IMG/VR virus record: IMGVR_UViG_3300038463_000730
Location: 186,001-250,000 of that record
Strand: one strand, 5' to 3'
Length of the DNA stretch: 64,000 nucleotides
The notes beneath the pieces are model-generated. The model was not told where the DNA came from, made no database searches, and was given only the letters and a program-made list of their open reading frames with translations. Position 1 is the stretch's first letter, and every line of letters begins with the position of its first letter. This document shows, piece after piece, positions 29,553 through 38,741 of the stretch. Both the position numbers and the translations under genes were made by a program.

Positions 29553-30026
29553 TTATGCTAATCCGTTGCCAAGTTCTGGGTGTTTTTGAATGATTTCGGC
29601 CTTTGTGACCGCATCTAGACCATTCAAAAGGGCCGCGACTAGCTCTGGGTTCTTTGCCAACCTATTCGGCAAGTAGCTTTGAACAACAGGTAACTCGGAC
29701 TCAGGTAGACCGAGCGTAGAGCTGGCTAACTTTGTTACCCTGGTATCTTTGTAGAAGATGTAAAGGTCTGTGCCACTCTTATTGAGCAATACTTTCCATG
29801 GCACGTTAGCCGATGCAGTCTTCTTCTGCTCTTCATCATACAAAGTAACGATGTATTCCCCGTCCTCTGCACTTTGAATCTGCCAGAGCTGCTCCGGGTC
29901 ACCATCCTTAAAACGAACAACATCAAAAGCCACCTTCTCTAAACGGTGGTGAACGTCCTTCAGTTTGTAGGACTTTTTATCAATGGCGTTTAGAACTGTC
30001 TCGTAATCTACTGAAAACCTATTCAT
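29553..30026 (-). CDS. Hypothetical head-region protein
   Basis: Start moved to ATG 30026 behind GGAG; LEKVA, KKTAS and VTKLAS motifs. Confidence 0.6.
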   Translation of the reverse strand: MNRFSVDYETVLNAIDKKSYKLKDVHHRLEKVAFDVVRFKDGDPEQLWQIQSAEDGEYIVTLYDEEQKKTASANVPWKVLLNKSGTDLYIFYKDTRVTKLASSTLGLPESELPVVQSYLPNRLAKNPELVAALLNGLDAVTKAEIIQKHPELGNGLA

Positions 30027-30109
30027 ATCATCTCCGAGGTCGCAAAGCGCTTTACCTACCATTAAATATGCGATTAGTAGTAAAGATATGCAAAAATTAG
30101 TATCCTGAC

Positions 30110-30571
30110 CTAGTATTCCTCGTCTCGAAGCTCCGAGATCTTACGTAGTATCTCTCGAATCTCTTTGTCGTTCTCTATGATCTTCTTCATCTTCTTACGG
30201 GCGCCACCATAGATCTTCTTCCCGTTTTTGTAATCTACATTACCATTCAAACTCTTCGTAATGCTAGATTGGTTCACATTCAGGAGCTTAGCAATCTCCA
30301 TCTGCGTGTACCCATCCGCATACAAACGAATGACCTCGCGTTGGCGTTCAGTCAACAGTTCGTCTACGATCCGCCAGAAATTGCGCTTTAACTCATCCTC
30401 TAGTTCGAGTATATCTTCATTATACGCGAACGGGTTGAGACGCTTCTGGATCGACTCCTCGTTAGAGAAGGATTCCATCATCTCGCTTGAGCACGATGTC
30501 TCAAGAAGAATGTGTTGGTAGAAGTCAGACCTATTCTTTCGCTTTTCGATATACTGATCTTTTGGTTTCAT
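30110..30571 (-). CDS. Sigma-70 region 4/LuxR-type HTH transcription factor (no region 2)
   Basis: LTERQREVIRLYADGYTQMEIAKLLNVNQSSITKSL. Confidence 0.8.
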   Translation of the reverse strand: MKPKDQYIEKRKNRSDFYQHILLETSCSSEMMESFSNEESIQKRLNPFAYNEDILELEDELKRNFWRIVDELLTERQREVIRLYADGYTQMEIAKLLNVNQSSITKSLNGNVDYKNGKKIYGGARKKMKKIIENDKEIREILRKISELRDEEY

Positions 30572-30589
30572 TAACCAATTATATATCGA

Positions 30590-31351
30590 TTATAGTGCGA
30601 TCAGATCCTTGTAGCTCAAGTTTTTGTTGTCGAGGATAAACTCGTCAAGATCTTTGTATCCAACCGGAACGGATCGAGGCATCAGATTGGCATACGAGCT
30701 ATACTTCTCTATAGCTTTTTCCGTACCTTTTCGGCCCGGATCGTCGTTGTCGAACATCAAGTAGATGTTGTTCGTATATCGCTTGATCAACGCGAGGTGC
30801 TCAGCGCTAAGCGTATGTGATCCGACACAGACGATGTTGTCGATCCCTACGTCGCTGGCCTGCATCGTATCGAACTGGCCCTCCACGACAAAACAACAGT
30901 CATGACGGAGGATACTTGCCTTGGCCTCGTACAGGCCGAATACGTGCAGCCCCTTCTCGAAGGACGTATTCTTGTACTTCGAGATCTCACGCTCTTTTTG
31001 GTCTTCACTAGAAAGTAAAGTCCGCCCGACAATCGCGACGATGTCTCCGTAAACATCGCGATACGGCATGATCAAATTATGATTCTCGAACGTATTGACC
31101 ATCACCCATTGATAAAGGCCAAAATTCGTAAGCTTGCCATAGCGAACCTTTGCGGCAACGAGCTTATCTTCACTGACCAGAGCAAGCAGTGAGCCGAGCT
31201 TTTCACTATCAGGAAAATAGCCGAATCCCCATTTCTTCTGGGCCGCATCCGAAAGCCGTGAGTCAAGGTACCGTTTAACTTCCCGCGCGACAGGGTCTTC
31301 TCTAAGGAGAGTACTGCATCCGGCGATAATGGCATCAAACTCTTGCATCAA
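30590..31351 (-). CDS. dnaG: DNA primase DnaG catalytic core/TOPRIM, lacking the zinc-binding domain
   Basis: YLDSRL..WGFGY, MPYRD..G.IVAIVGR, KYKNT, VVEGQFD, FDNDDPG, KDLDE. Confidence 0.88.
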   Translation of the reverse strand: MMQEFDAIIAGCSTLLREDPVAREVKRYLDSRLSDAAQKKWGFGYFPDSEKLGSLLALVSEDKLVAAKVRYGKLTNFGLYQWVMVNTFENHNLIMPYRDVYGDIVAIVGRTLLSSEDQKEREISKYKNTSFEKGLHVFGLYEAKASILRHDCCFVVEGQFDTMQASDVGIDNIVCVGSHTLSAEHLALIKRYTNNIYLMFDNDDPGRKGTEKAIEKYSSYANLMPRSVPVGYKDLDEFILDNKNLSYKDLIAL

Positions 31352-31940
31352 ATGTGCTCGGGCTCTGAATAAAGGTTCCTAGTTTAGTAAACGGAAATAG
31401 CGCCGTGACTTTTACCGCCCATTTATTCGGGTCGATGGTCCATCGTTTAGAAACGTCATTCGTCCTAACCCAGCCCGCAAGCGCAACAAGTTTAGGCGTT
31501 CTTCTCTGATTCTCATCGGCAACAGTGAATGCCGCGACGTAAAACGCACGATCATGTAGTTCACGTGGCGGGATGACAAGATTGAGAGACGGTATTTTAG
31601 CGAGAGAATTCGTGTGCGTAGTTTTAACATCCACGAGTAACGCTGTCCCATCTCCCAAAGTAAGAGTGTCATCCTCACCGTCGTCACCCTTCCCGGTTTT
31701 CACGTACGTATCGTACTTCCGATCCTTCAGAGTCCGAAGCTTGTCGTACGTTTCCTTCGTATCCCCGTAATGCCAGACGTACCACGCAACCTCTCCGAAC
31801 AATCCAGTGTACTGGAAATCAAGTCTCGACGCTTTAGCCAGATCGCTCTTTTTAAGATTCGAGAATCCCCCGAGGTCGTCCCTCGGAGCCATCTCCGCAA
31901 CAAAAGCTTTCATCTCATCTGTTACGTTGATTATCTTCAT
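31335..31940 (-). CDS. Hypothetical protein, possible PD-(D/E)XK nuclease
   Basis: GEVA...DDGED...VDVKT pattern. Confidence 0.4.
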   Translation of the reverse strand: MKIINVTDEMKAFVAEMAPRDDLGGFSNLKKSDLAKASRLDFQYTGLFGEVAWYVWHYGDTKETYDKLRTLKDRKYDTYVKTGKGDDGEDDTLTLGDGTALLVDVKTTHTNSLAKIPSLNLVIPPRELHDRAFYVAAFTVADENQRRTPKLVALAGWVRTNDVSKRWTIDPNKWAVKVTALFPFTKLGTFIQSPSTFDARV

Positions 31941-32526
31941 CTCGTTTCCTCTGTTCTCGTATAATAGCTGCCTGGCGCATTCTATCTATTGTTTCAGGTG
32001 AATGTTTCTTGCCAAACCTCGGGCTTTGTTCTTTTGGTAAGCCTTTATTCCACGCCGGTTTATTTGTATGCTTCCCTTTTCTGGTTGATGGCTTACCGGC
32101 TTTAGCAATGGACATCTGTGCTATCGACTCTGTAGAATGCTTCTTACCTTTCATTGGATGAGGCATTCCTTGCGCGTACAAGGCCTTACGAGTTTTTGAA
32201 ATCTTTCCTTTTGTTTCTTCGGCCATTATACAATGACCATCTCCACCTGGCTCAATATTATATCCGAATTTCCTATCAGAAGATTTGAATTGCGCAATCA
32301 ACTGTATTTCGGCCGAGTCAATGTCCAACTGCGTTGGATACGATGATATCGTTTCAAATATAAAATTTGAAATCCCATTTTTTCGCATGGAATTGTAAAG
32401 CGGATGCACCTTACCATGTCGAGCATGGTATTTATGCTCGGGCCACCGCTGCTTCGGTGAAACCGTTTGTCCTATATAAACTTTGTTATTTACAAGGTTA
32501 GTAATTTTGTATAACCAGAATTCCAT
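31915..32526 (-). mobile_element. Free-standing GIY-YIG homing endonuclease with NUMOD3 repeats
   Basis: WLYKITNLVNNKVYIGQT, GYNIEPGG, HPMKGKKHS, PRFGKKHSPET. Confidence 0.9.
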
Positions 32527-32861
32527 TACGGTTGAAATTTGTTTTTCATAGCGCTCTTAAACATCATCGCGAAATGCTTGTTGACGTTCAATACAGTATG
32601 ACAGCGCGCACATGTCAGCTCGTCACCTTCAATCAACGGAGTATTTTCCGTTTTACACTTCGCGCATTTCACCGCGTAAGGTGTTCTGGTCTTGATATTG
32701 GTCATGACCTGACCCATCGATTTCATCTGGCGTTTCGCGAACTCGGTAATGGTCGTGATTGGCCTGTTACACTCGCCGCAAAGCACTTCGTTCGTGATCA
32801 CATCAAGAGCCGGGGTTTGCTCCTTCATACACCCCTTATTGTTACACCATGTTCTAAACAT
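32526..32861 (-). CDS. Double zinc-ribbon protein
   Basis: CNNKGC, CGEC, CAKC, CARC. Confidence 0.65.
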   Translation of the reverse strand: MFRTWCNNKGCMKEQTPALDVITNEVLCGECNRPITTITEFAKRQMKSMGQVMTNIKTRTPYAVKCAKCKTENTPLIEGDELTCARCHTVLNVNKHFAMMFKSAMKNKFQP

Positions 32862-33905
32862 TTATTTCTCCTCTTTCAATACTTCAATGACTTTCGTTAG
32901 ATCGGATGGATACTGTACAGACAATTGTACTCGATGATTTCCATTCTTCGACCGGATACCACATCCCGGAACCACAATTTCATCCAAATGTTTCGACCGT
33001 GGCTTAACTTCTACTTCTTTATCCCCATAGACTGTCGGAACTTTTAACGTTCCACCTTGCAACATGTCCAGCAGCCCAATCCCGAGTTTAGATACGACAT
33101 CCACGCCTTCCAAATGCATATCCGGGTCCGGCGTTACACTGATCTGCATGACAGCATCCAAATACTGTGGCTTGTTGAACAACAAACAGAAGTTTCCCAT
33201 TCCCGGTAGCCGTAACGACACGCCGTTTGAAACTCCCGCTGGAATATTCACCTTACAAGTCCTCATAACCCCGAATGTACCGGTGCCATGACACGAATTG
33301 CACATAACTTTATCTTTCGTGATGCCGTAACATTTCGTGCAGATACGCGAATGCGAAACTTTACCGGTCGCCGTGACGCCCGAATCAATACGCCCCTTGC
33401 CACCGCACCCCCCACATGGCGGCTTATCAACTTGCGTTCCGCCTTTTCCAGCACATGCATTGCATGACTCCTGGCGCTCGTAACTTACAACACGATCCGT
33501 TCCACGGACCGACTCTGCAAACGAAACGGTCTGATTAATGATAATTTGCGGAACTTGATTTACAAACGGCTTTCCGAACGGAGAGTTCTGAAAATTGAAA
33601 AACTCATGGTTTGAGAAGAATTCCTTGAACAGATCGTTCATATCCTGTGCATTAGAAGGATCGACCTTACGAGTATATTGACCAGGAGGCTGATTCGTTC
33701 CACCGAATGGGGTTGGATGAGTCGGATGATAGTTTGTAAGATACGAGTGAGCAACATTGATCTGTTTGAACCGATCTTCTGCTCCCGGCTCTTTGTTGAT
33801 ATCAGGATGATACTTCTTAGTCAGCTCACGATACCGTTTCTTGATCTCATCTTCTGTAGCTGACGGATCAATACCCAGAATCTTGCATGCTTCTTGCCGG
33901 TTCAT
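32862..33905 (-). CDS. dnaJ: Chaperone DnaJ
   Basis: J-domain with HPD, four CxxCxG zinc repeats, C-terminal domain. Confidence 0.93.
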   Translation of the reverse strand: MNRQEACKILGIDPSATEDEIKKRYRELTKKYHPDINKEPGAEDRFKQINVAHSYLTNYHPTHPTPFGGTNQPPGQYTRKVDPSNAQDMNDLFKEFFSNHEFFNFQNSPFGKPFVNQVPQIIINQTVSFAESVRGTDRVVSYERQESCNACAGKGGTQVDKPPCGGCGGKGRIDSGVTATGKVSHSRICTKCYGITKDKVMCNSCHGTGTFGVMRTCKVNIPAGVSNGVSLRLPGMGNFCLLFNKPQYLDAVMQISVTPDPDMHLEGVDVVSKLGIGLLDMLQGGTLKVPTVYGDKEVEVKPRSKHLDEIVVPGCGIRSKNGNHRVQLSVQYPSDLTKVIEVLKEEK

Positions 33906-34474
33906 TTCTTCTTCTTAGCTTTCTTGACCTTCAAAATCGGTCTCGCTCCAAGATGATATGCCAGCGCAACCGCGATACCATCGGCAATATCGTAGCTTTC
34001 TACCATCACCTCATTGGTCTTGGTTCGCTTATTGAATTTGTACTGCCATGGGAAAGTAATCCCCAAGTGATGCTCGACGACAGACGGAATGTCTTCCTTT
34101 TTGGGGCGGTCTTTCCCAACTCGAATCTTAGAACGAATACTGTTCACATTCAACAGACTAGGTTCGACATGGCGATGATCACTACAAACCATTCCAACAA
34201 AACGATTGTAGATGGCTAGCTTAATGATCGTTTTGGCACCAGACTGACCCTGCATGAATTGTACGATATCTTCGATCGCAACTACATTGGGCTGATAACT
34301 ATCGAGTAATATCTGGATATCTGTTCGTACCTGACCGAGACTAGAGAAAATAGTCGTGTCCTTCGGAGGCTTAATATACCCGCATTTGACCAGCGTAGGT
34401 GGCGTAGTAACGGTATCGAGCACGCTCCACCCAATTGTCGTGCTAGAAACATCTAATCCAAGGATCGTGACCAT
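33902..34474 (-). CDS. ruvC: RuvC-like Holliday junction resolvase
   Basis: ILGLDVSSTTIGW, VAIED, DIADGIAVA; start moved to ATG 34474. Confidence 0.85.
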   Translation of the reverse strand: MVTILGLDVSSTTIGWSVLDTVTTPPTLVKCGYIKPPKDTTIFSSLGQVRTDIQILLDSYQPNVVAIEDIVQFMQGQSGAKTIIKLAIYNRFVGMVCSDHRHVEPSLLNVNSIRSKIRVGKDRPKKEDIPSVVEHHLGITFPWQYKFNKRTKTNEVMVESYDIADGIAVALAYHLGARPILKVKKAKKKK

Positions 34475-34489
34475 ACATAGCAATATATC

Positions 34490-34523
34490 AAAGAAAAAGC
34501 CCCGGAATTGCTTCCGGGGCTTT
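34490..34523 (-). terminator. Rho-independent terminator after the SSB gene
   Basis: GCCCCGGAA-GCAA-TTCCGGGGC followed by TTTTTCTTT on the minus strand. Confidence 0.88.
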
Positions 34524-34544
34524 ATCATTTCCTATCAGGCTTGA

Positions 34545-35261
34545 TTAGGTCGTTGCCGGGAACTTCGGAAACTCCAAGTCCGGATCGTCCTCTTCGTCAG
34601 CCACGTTGCTCTGAACCGCGCGAGACGCTGCCGGAGCCGCTGTCCGCGTTGCCGCTACAGGTGCAGGTGCATTCGGGCGCGCAGGAGTTCCGTTGAGGAT
34701 CTTATCCAAACGGTCCTGGACCTTCTCAGGGGTCGGAGGAACGCAACGCTTACGAAGGTCATCCGTATCGATCGTGTCACGGATCTGAACATCGTTAGCG
34801 CTCAGCGGTTTCGGAAGCTTCGGAGTCACGTGGTAGTAGTTCGTCGCTCCACCGTTCGGATCAACTTGGATGTTGATATCGTACTTGATCGGCTCGCCCC
34901 ACTCGTCGTCTTTCGTCAATTCCTGAATCGCCTTGAACACCGCGATTCCGACGTCGAGAATCTTGTACGACTGAGTCTTACGATCAATCGCGCCCAAGAG
35001 CCAACGACGCTTCGGCTTGTCACCGAGATCACACAACGGACAGGTAAAGCCCGGTCCCTTGCCCGCACACATCACACGCTGCCCAAACCCCGGATCACCC
35101 TCTTTCTTGTAACGGTGAACCGTGTACTGGTTCGGGGCTGTCACGATGCGAACAATGTTCGGCCCCTTATCCAATCGAAGGAACGTGTCCTTGTTATTGT
35201 CACGACTCGGCATAATGTCGGTCTGAACTTCACCCCAAGCTACTTCGCCATATTTCTGCAT
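34545..35261 (-). CDS. Single-stranded DNA-binding protein (gp32-like)
   Basis: FLRL..G.NIVRIV, H..C..CPLC zinc site, GEPIKYDI, acidic C-tail DEEDDPDLEF; start ATG 35261 behind GGAG. Confidence 0.75.
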   Translation of the reverse strand: MQKYGEVAWGEVQTDIMPSRDNNKDTFLRLDKGPNIVRIVTAPNQYTVHRYKKEGDPGFGQRVMCAGKGPGFTCPLCDLGDKPKRRWLLGAIDRKTQSYKILDVGIAVFKAIQELTKDDEWGEPIKYDINIQVDPNGGATNYYHVTPKLPKPLSANDVQIRDTIDTDDLRKRCVPPTPEKVQDRLDKILNGTPARPNAPAPVAATRTAAPAASRAVQSNVADEEDDPDLEFPKFPATT

Positions 35262-35391
35262 TTCAATCTCCAAATGATCATATTAGATCGTTGCTGTTTT
35301 GTTTCTATTGATTGTTAAGATAAGTGTCTTACTATTCTTGCGATACAGGTCTTACTTCTTGACTAAGCTGCGATAAAAACTCATATATGTC

Positions 35392-35763
35392 TTAGCGACC
35401 GAACTCGACAAAGCGCTTCCGGTTGTGATCATTTGTCCGCCCGAAGCGGACCTTGACTCCCGCCTTCTTCAAGTCGGGAAGCAAACGATCAACCGTTGCA
35501 CGCATTGCACGAGGGTTACTCGGCCACGAAACGTTCTGACGACGCACAACCTTGCGAAGCGAGGCCTCAAGCTCCGTCATCGAGCCTGTCCATGTGCTGG
35601 CCTTGTTACGAAGGAGACGAGCCACGCCCGACACGAACACTGAATCAAGATTCGTCTTCGTTGCCGTTGTTGCTGTCTTCGTCGCTGGCGTCTTCGTTGC
35701 CACGACCACACGTGCTGTTGCACGCTTCGCTGTCTTTCTTGGTGCTGCTGTAAATGTTGCCAT
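35392..35763 (-). CDS. Basic winged-helix-like DNA-binding protein
   Basis: K/R/T-rich N-terminus; WTGSMTEL..WP.NPRAM..L..L...L...GV pattern. Confidence 0.5.
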   Translation of the reverse strand: MATFTAAPRKTAKRATARVVVATKTPATKTATTATKTNLDSVFVSGVARLLRNKASTWTGSMTELEASLRKVVRRQNVSWPSNPRAMRATVDRLLPDLKKAGVKVRFGRTNDHNRKRFVEFGR

Positions 35764-35771
35764 TTTCTTCC

Positions 35772-36083
35772 TTATTTCTTGAATGTTAACGTTTTGATTT
35801 CATGAGAACGATGCCATGGTACACAAATCTCTTGTAACTGAGACCGGACGATCATTGACTGATAATCCGTGGTAGTTTTCAATATATCAGGCTCTTTGAT
35901 TTCTACACCAATGAACTCCAGATGCGTTGCAAACTTATCAACCTTGTTACAAACGAAGTAAGCCAGGGTCTTTGTTTTCAATCCTCTCTCGAAAGTAATC
36001 AGATAGACAGGCAACTGTTTAGTTGGCTTTACATCTGATAAATCCCCGTGAAAGGACGGGATGAACATGTCTTTTTCTGCCAT
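35772..36083 (-). CDS. Hypothetical protein
   Basis: AGGA RBS and upstream promoter-like motif. Confidence 0.55.
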   Translation of the reverse strand: MAEKDMFIPSFHGDLSDVKPTKQLPVYLITFERGLKTKTLAYFVCNKVDKFATHLEFIGVEIKEPDILKTTTDYQSMIVRSQLQEICVPWHRSHEIKTLTFKK

Positions 36084-36121
36084 GATGTTCCTACTATTTA
36101 TATATCAGGACGATGTATAAT

Positions 36122-37120
36122 TTACTCTTCGTCGGACGAATTTTCGTCGTCCCAGCCCTTGATATCATCGAAAGATTTCGCGTCCTTCGCAAGCAGGATT
36201 CCGTCCGACGAAACAACGATGTCCATCTCTGAGATGCACTCGTCACCATCGAACATGTGGTTTTTCTTCACCACCGCTCTTGAGACGATTCCGTATTTGT
36301 ATTTCTCACCACCACGAGTGCGGGTAAGATTTCCTTTACGGCTCAATTGAACAATCAAGCTGCTCAGATAGAAAAGCTCGCCACCGCCCTTTTCCGTCTG
36401 ACCAGGAGAACCGATGTTCGCATAGACCTGATTGATAACCAGTGTCGCGACCTGCTCTTCGCCAGTCTCACGATCCATATGCTTGTCCATAAGCTTTACA
36501 AACTTACGAACTGCGAAAGACACTTCCTTCGCCGTGACACCGGGCTGCTTCGACATATTCTCAGTATCTTCATTATCTTCTGAAGAGTTTACCGAGGCTC
36601 CAACAGAATCCCAAACGACAAGAACTTTTTTGTCTGGATAAGATTCGCGGCAAGCATCGACAAGCTTTGCAACGGCAATCGCGCCATCCTCAATCTTTGT
36701 CGTCCGAATACAAAGCAAACTTTCCGGATCTCCACCGATCTTAGCAAATCGGTTGGGAGAGAATTTCTTCTCGCTATCCCAAAGGACAACTAAACATCCT
36801 TGATCCTGTGCTTCCTTCATGAAGACCGCAGCATGCGTGCTCTTCCCTGAATCGGGCTTTCCCGAAATCTGAACAATACGCCCGAACGCAATACCGCGCG
36901 TATGTGTCAACGTTTCCCAATGCGGGCCTTTGGTCCATAAAACGAAATCGGAATCCTTCGACGGATTCTTAATCGAAGAACCTGAGCTTAGCTGCTGAGC
37001 TACTCCGTTCTCTTTCTTACCGTAAGAACCCTGTGCTTTCTTAAGCAGCTTATCAATATCGATTGCAGGTTTCTTTGTGACCTTTGGCGTAACTTTTGCT
37101 ACTACTGGTGCTTCTGGCAT
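36122..37120 (-). CDS. recA: RecA/UvsX recombinase
   Basis: GIAFGRIVQISGKPDSGKST, DSEKK, VVWDSVG, INQVY..IG, GG..L. Confidence 0.9.
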   Translation of the reverse strand: MPEAPVVAKVTPKVTKKPAIDIDKLLKKAQGSYGKKENGVAQQLSSGSSIKNPSKDSDFVLWTKGPHWETLTHTRGIAFGRIVQISGKPDSGKSTHAAVFMKEAQDQGCLVVLWDSEKKFSPNRFAKIGGDPESLLCIRTTKIEDGAIAVAKLVDACRESYPDKKVLVVWDSVGASVNSSEDNEDTENMSKQPGVTAKEVSFAVRKFVKLMDKHMDRETGEEQVATLVINQVYANIGSPGQTEKGGGELFYLSSLIVQLSRKGNLTRTRGGEKYKYGIVSRAVVKKNHMFDGDECISEMDIVVSSDGILLAKDAKSFDDIKGWDDENSSDEE

Positions 37121-37171
37121 TCATTTCTCCTTATTTATGCCTCTGTGAGGCTGGTTGGAATTTGCTTACTA

Positions 37172-37606
37172 TTATAGGTTACGGTTCTTGCCGAGATTAC
37201 GGAAGAAGACGTGACCCGCTGCTAACGTGCCGATTAGGTTTTCCCATTTTGAAGAGTCAGCTTCAGCTTGAGCGCAAGCTTGCTTCGCTGCTACGACTGC
37301 GGGATCTTTGGCAATGGAGGCGTCAAGCGCTCCTTCTGTGATTTTTCCGGTCGAATTCGATCGGATCGTATGATACGTTTCTGCTTCGATTCGCTTTACT
37401 TCGTTCTTCGCCTCCTTCGCGAGCAAGGTTACGTCACTAATAAACATCGACAACTTCATCTGTGTCTCAAGAAACATTGCAGCTGTTCTATCGTTCTTGT
37501 CAGAGTCGTACGACCCTGCGTGAACCTCAGCCAATGCGGCTAGACACTTTTCAACTAGAAGCTCAATTTTTTGTTCGTTTGTTTGCGTATTTGATGTATC
37601 GGTCAT
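37172..37606 (-). CDS. UvsY-like recombination mediator (coiled coil)
   Basis: Helical K.TE..LD..I..DP pattern; immediately upstream of recA. Confidence 0.55.
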   Translation of the reverse strand: MTDTSNTQTNEQKIELLVEKCLAALAEVHAGSYDSDKNDRTAAMFLETQMKLSMFISDVTLLAKEAKNEVKRIEAETYHTIRSNSTGKITEGALDASIAKDPAVVAAKQACAQAEADSSKWENLIGTLAAGHVFFRNLGKNRNL

Positions 37607-37674
37607 GTGTGTTTTCTCCAATATCTAAACTGGAATTCGACGCTAACCAACTCGTCAAACGCTCCAACAAACTA

Positions 37675-37980
37675 TTACTTTTTCCCGTCAGCTTTTGCCT
37701 TCATATAGGCGCAGGCTTGATTGATTTGACCGTGCATAAGTCTAAGATGTTGTTGAAGAAAAACAGAGGTGATGAACAAGAAAACCTCCATACTCGTGTA
37801 CCCCTTCGAAGGCGGTTTCAAGTAGAGAATTATCCCGTCGTTATCCGTCTCGAACAAATCCTTGAACAAGTCTTCGCCCTTTGCATTCGGGCGATCATAC
37901 GAACGACAAATAGAGTTGTACATGGTAAACTCTTCCTCTGTCATATCCAATTTCTTGTGATCGATGATTCGAATAGACAT
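37675..37980 (-). CDS. Hypothetical protein
   Basis: Translationally coupled ORF. Confidence 0.55.
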   Translation of the reverse strand: MSIRIIDHKKLDMTEEEFTMYNSICRSYDRPNAKGEDLFKDLFETDNDGIILYLKPPSKGYTSMEVFLFITSVFLQQHLRLMHGQINQACAYMKAKADGKK

Positions 37981-38729
37981 TATCCGGCCCTATGAATCTT
38001 ACCGACTCCACCGGTCTGACGCATTTCCTGATTGATTTGCTGACGGTTCATTGTTCGAATCTTTGCCAACATATCAGCGCCGCTAGGAGCCTGTCCGCCA
38101 CCATTACCCATTCCTGCAAACGCATTCACAATGGCATTGTGTGCGGCATCATCATCACCACCTCCGCCTCCACCGCTGCCACCGCCGCCACCGGCTAGAG
38201 CATTGGCATAGACTTGAACCTGCGCATCCATCGGTTCACCGCCGCCATCACCCCCATCCGCATCAGGAGCGTTCCATGCCGCAATCAATGCAGCATTGCC
38301 TCCGCCGCCTCCACCGCTCGAAGCGGCCATCGCTGCTTCAATCTCGGACTTCGACTTTGGTTTCACGTTCGCTCGTGCGAGGAACTTATTGATCGTTGCA
38401 ACCGGACTTTGAGGCTCGGGCAATCGTTGGCTGACCGGAATTCCGTTCTTCCCAACTTGCACGGCCACATTTCCGTTGCCATGAACCATGGCCTGGTGAA
38501 ACGTTGCAGCTTCACCCGTACCGATCTTGGCGAGTTGGTAATGGGACAGGAGCCAACCAGCAATCCCTTCAGGATTGTTTGGCATATCATTCATTGCTTC
38601 GCGTAGTTCGCCAAGCAAATGAACCTCTGTGTCGGACATCAACGTTCCGCCACAAGATGGACAAGTATTTGTGTTAAGCGCATGTACCCATTGTGGTGGG
38701 ACGTCTGCTGAGCAATGACCGCATTTCAT
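37980..38729 (-). CDS. Zinc-ribbon protein with Gly-rich disordered C-half
   Basis: MKCGHC...CPSCG; poly-Gly runs. Confidence 0.6.
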   Translation of the reverse strand: MKCGHCSADVPPQWVHALNTNTCPSCGGTLMSDTEVHLLGELREAMNDMPNNPEGIAGWLLSHYQLAKIGTGEAATFHQAMVHGNGNVAVQVGKNGIPVSQRLPEPQSPVATINKFLARANVKPKSKSEIEAAMAASSGGGGGGNAALIAAWNAPDADGGDGGGEPMDAQVQVYANALAGGGGGSGGGGGGDDDAAHNAIVNAFAGMGNGGGQAPSGADMLAKIRTMNRQQINQEMRQTGGVGKIHRAG

Positions 38730-38741
38730 GCCTTAACTATA

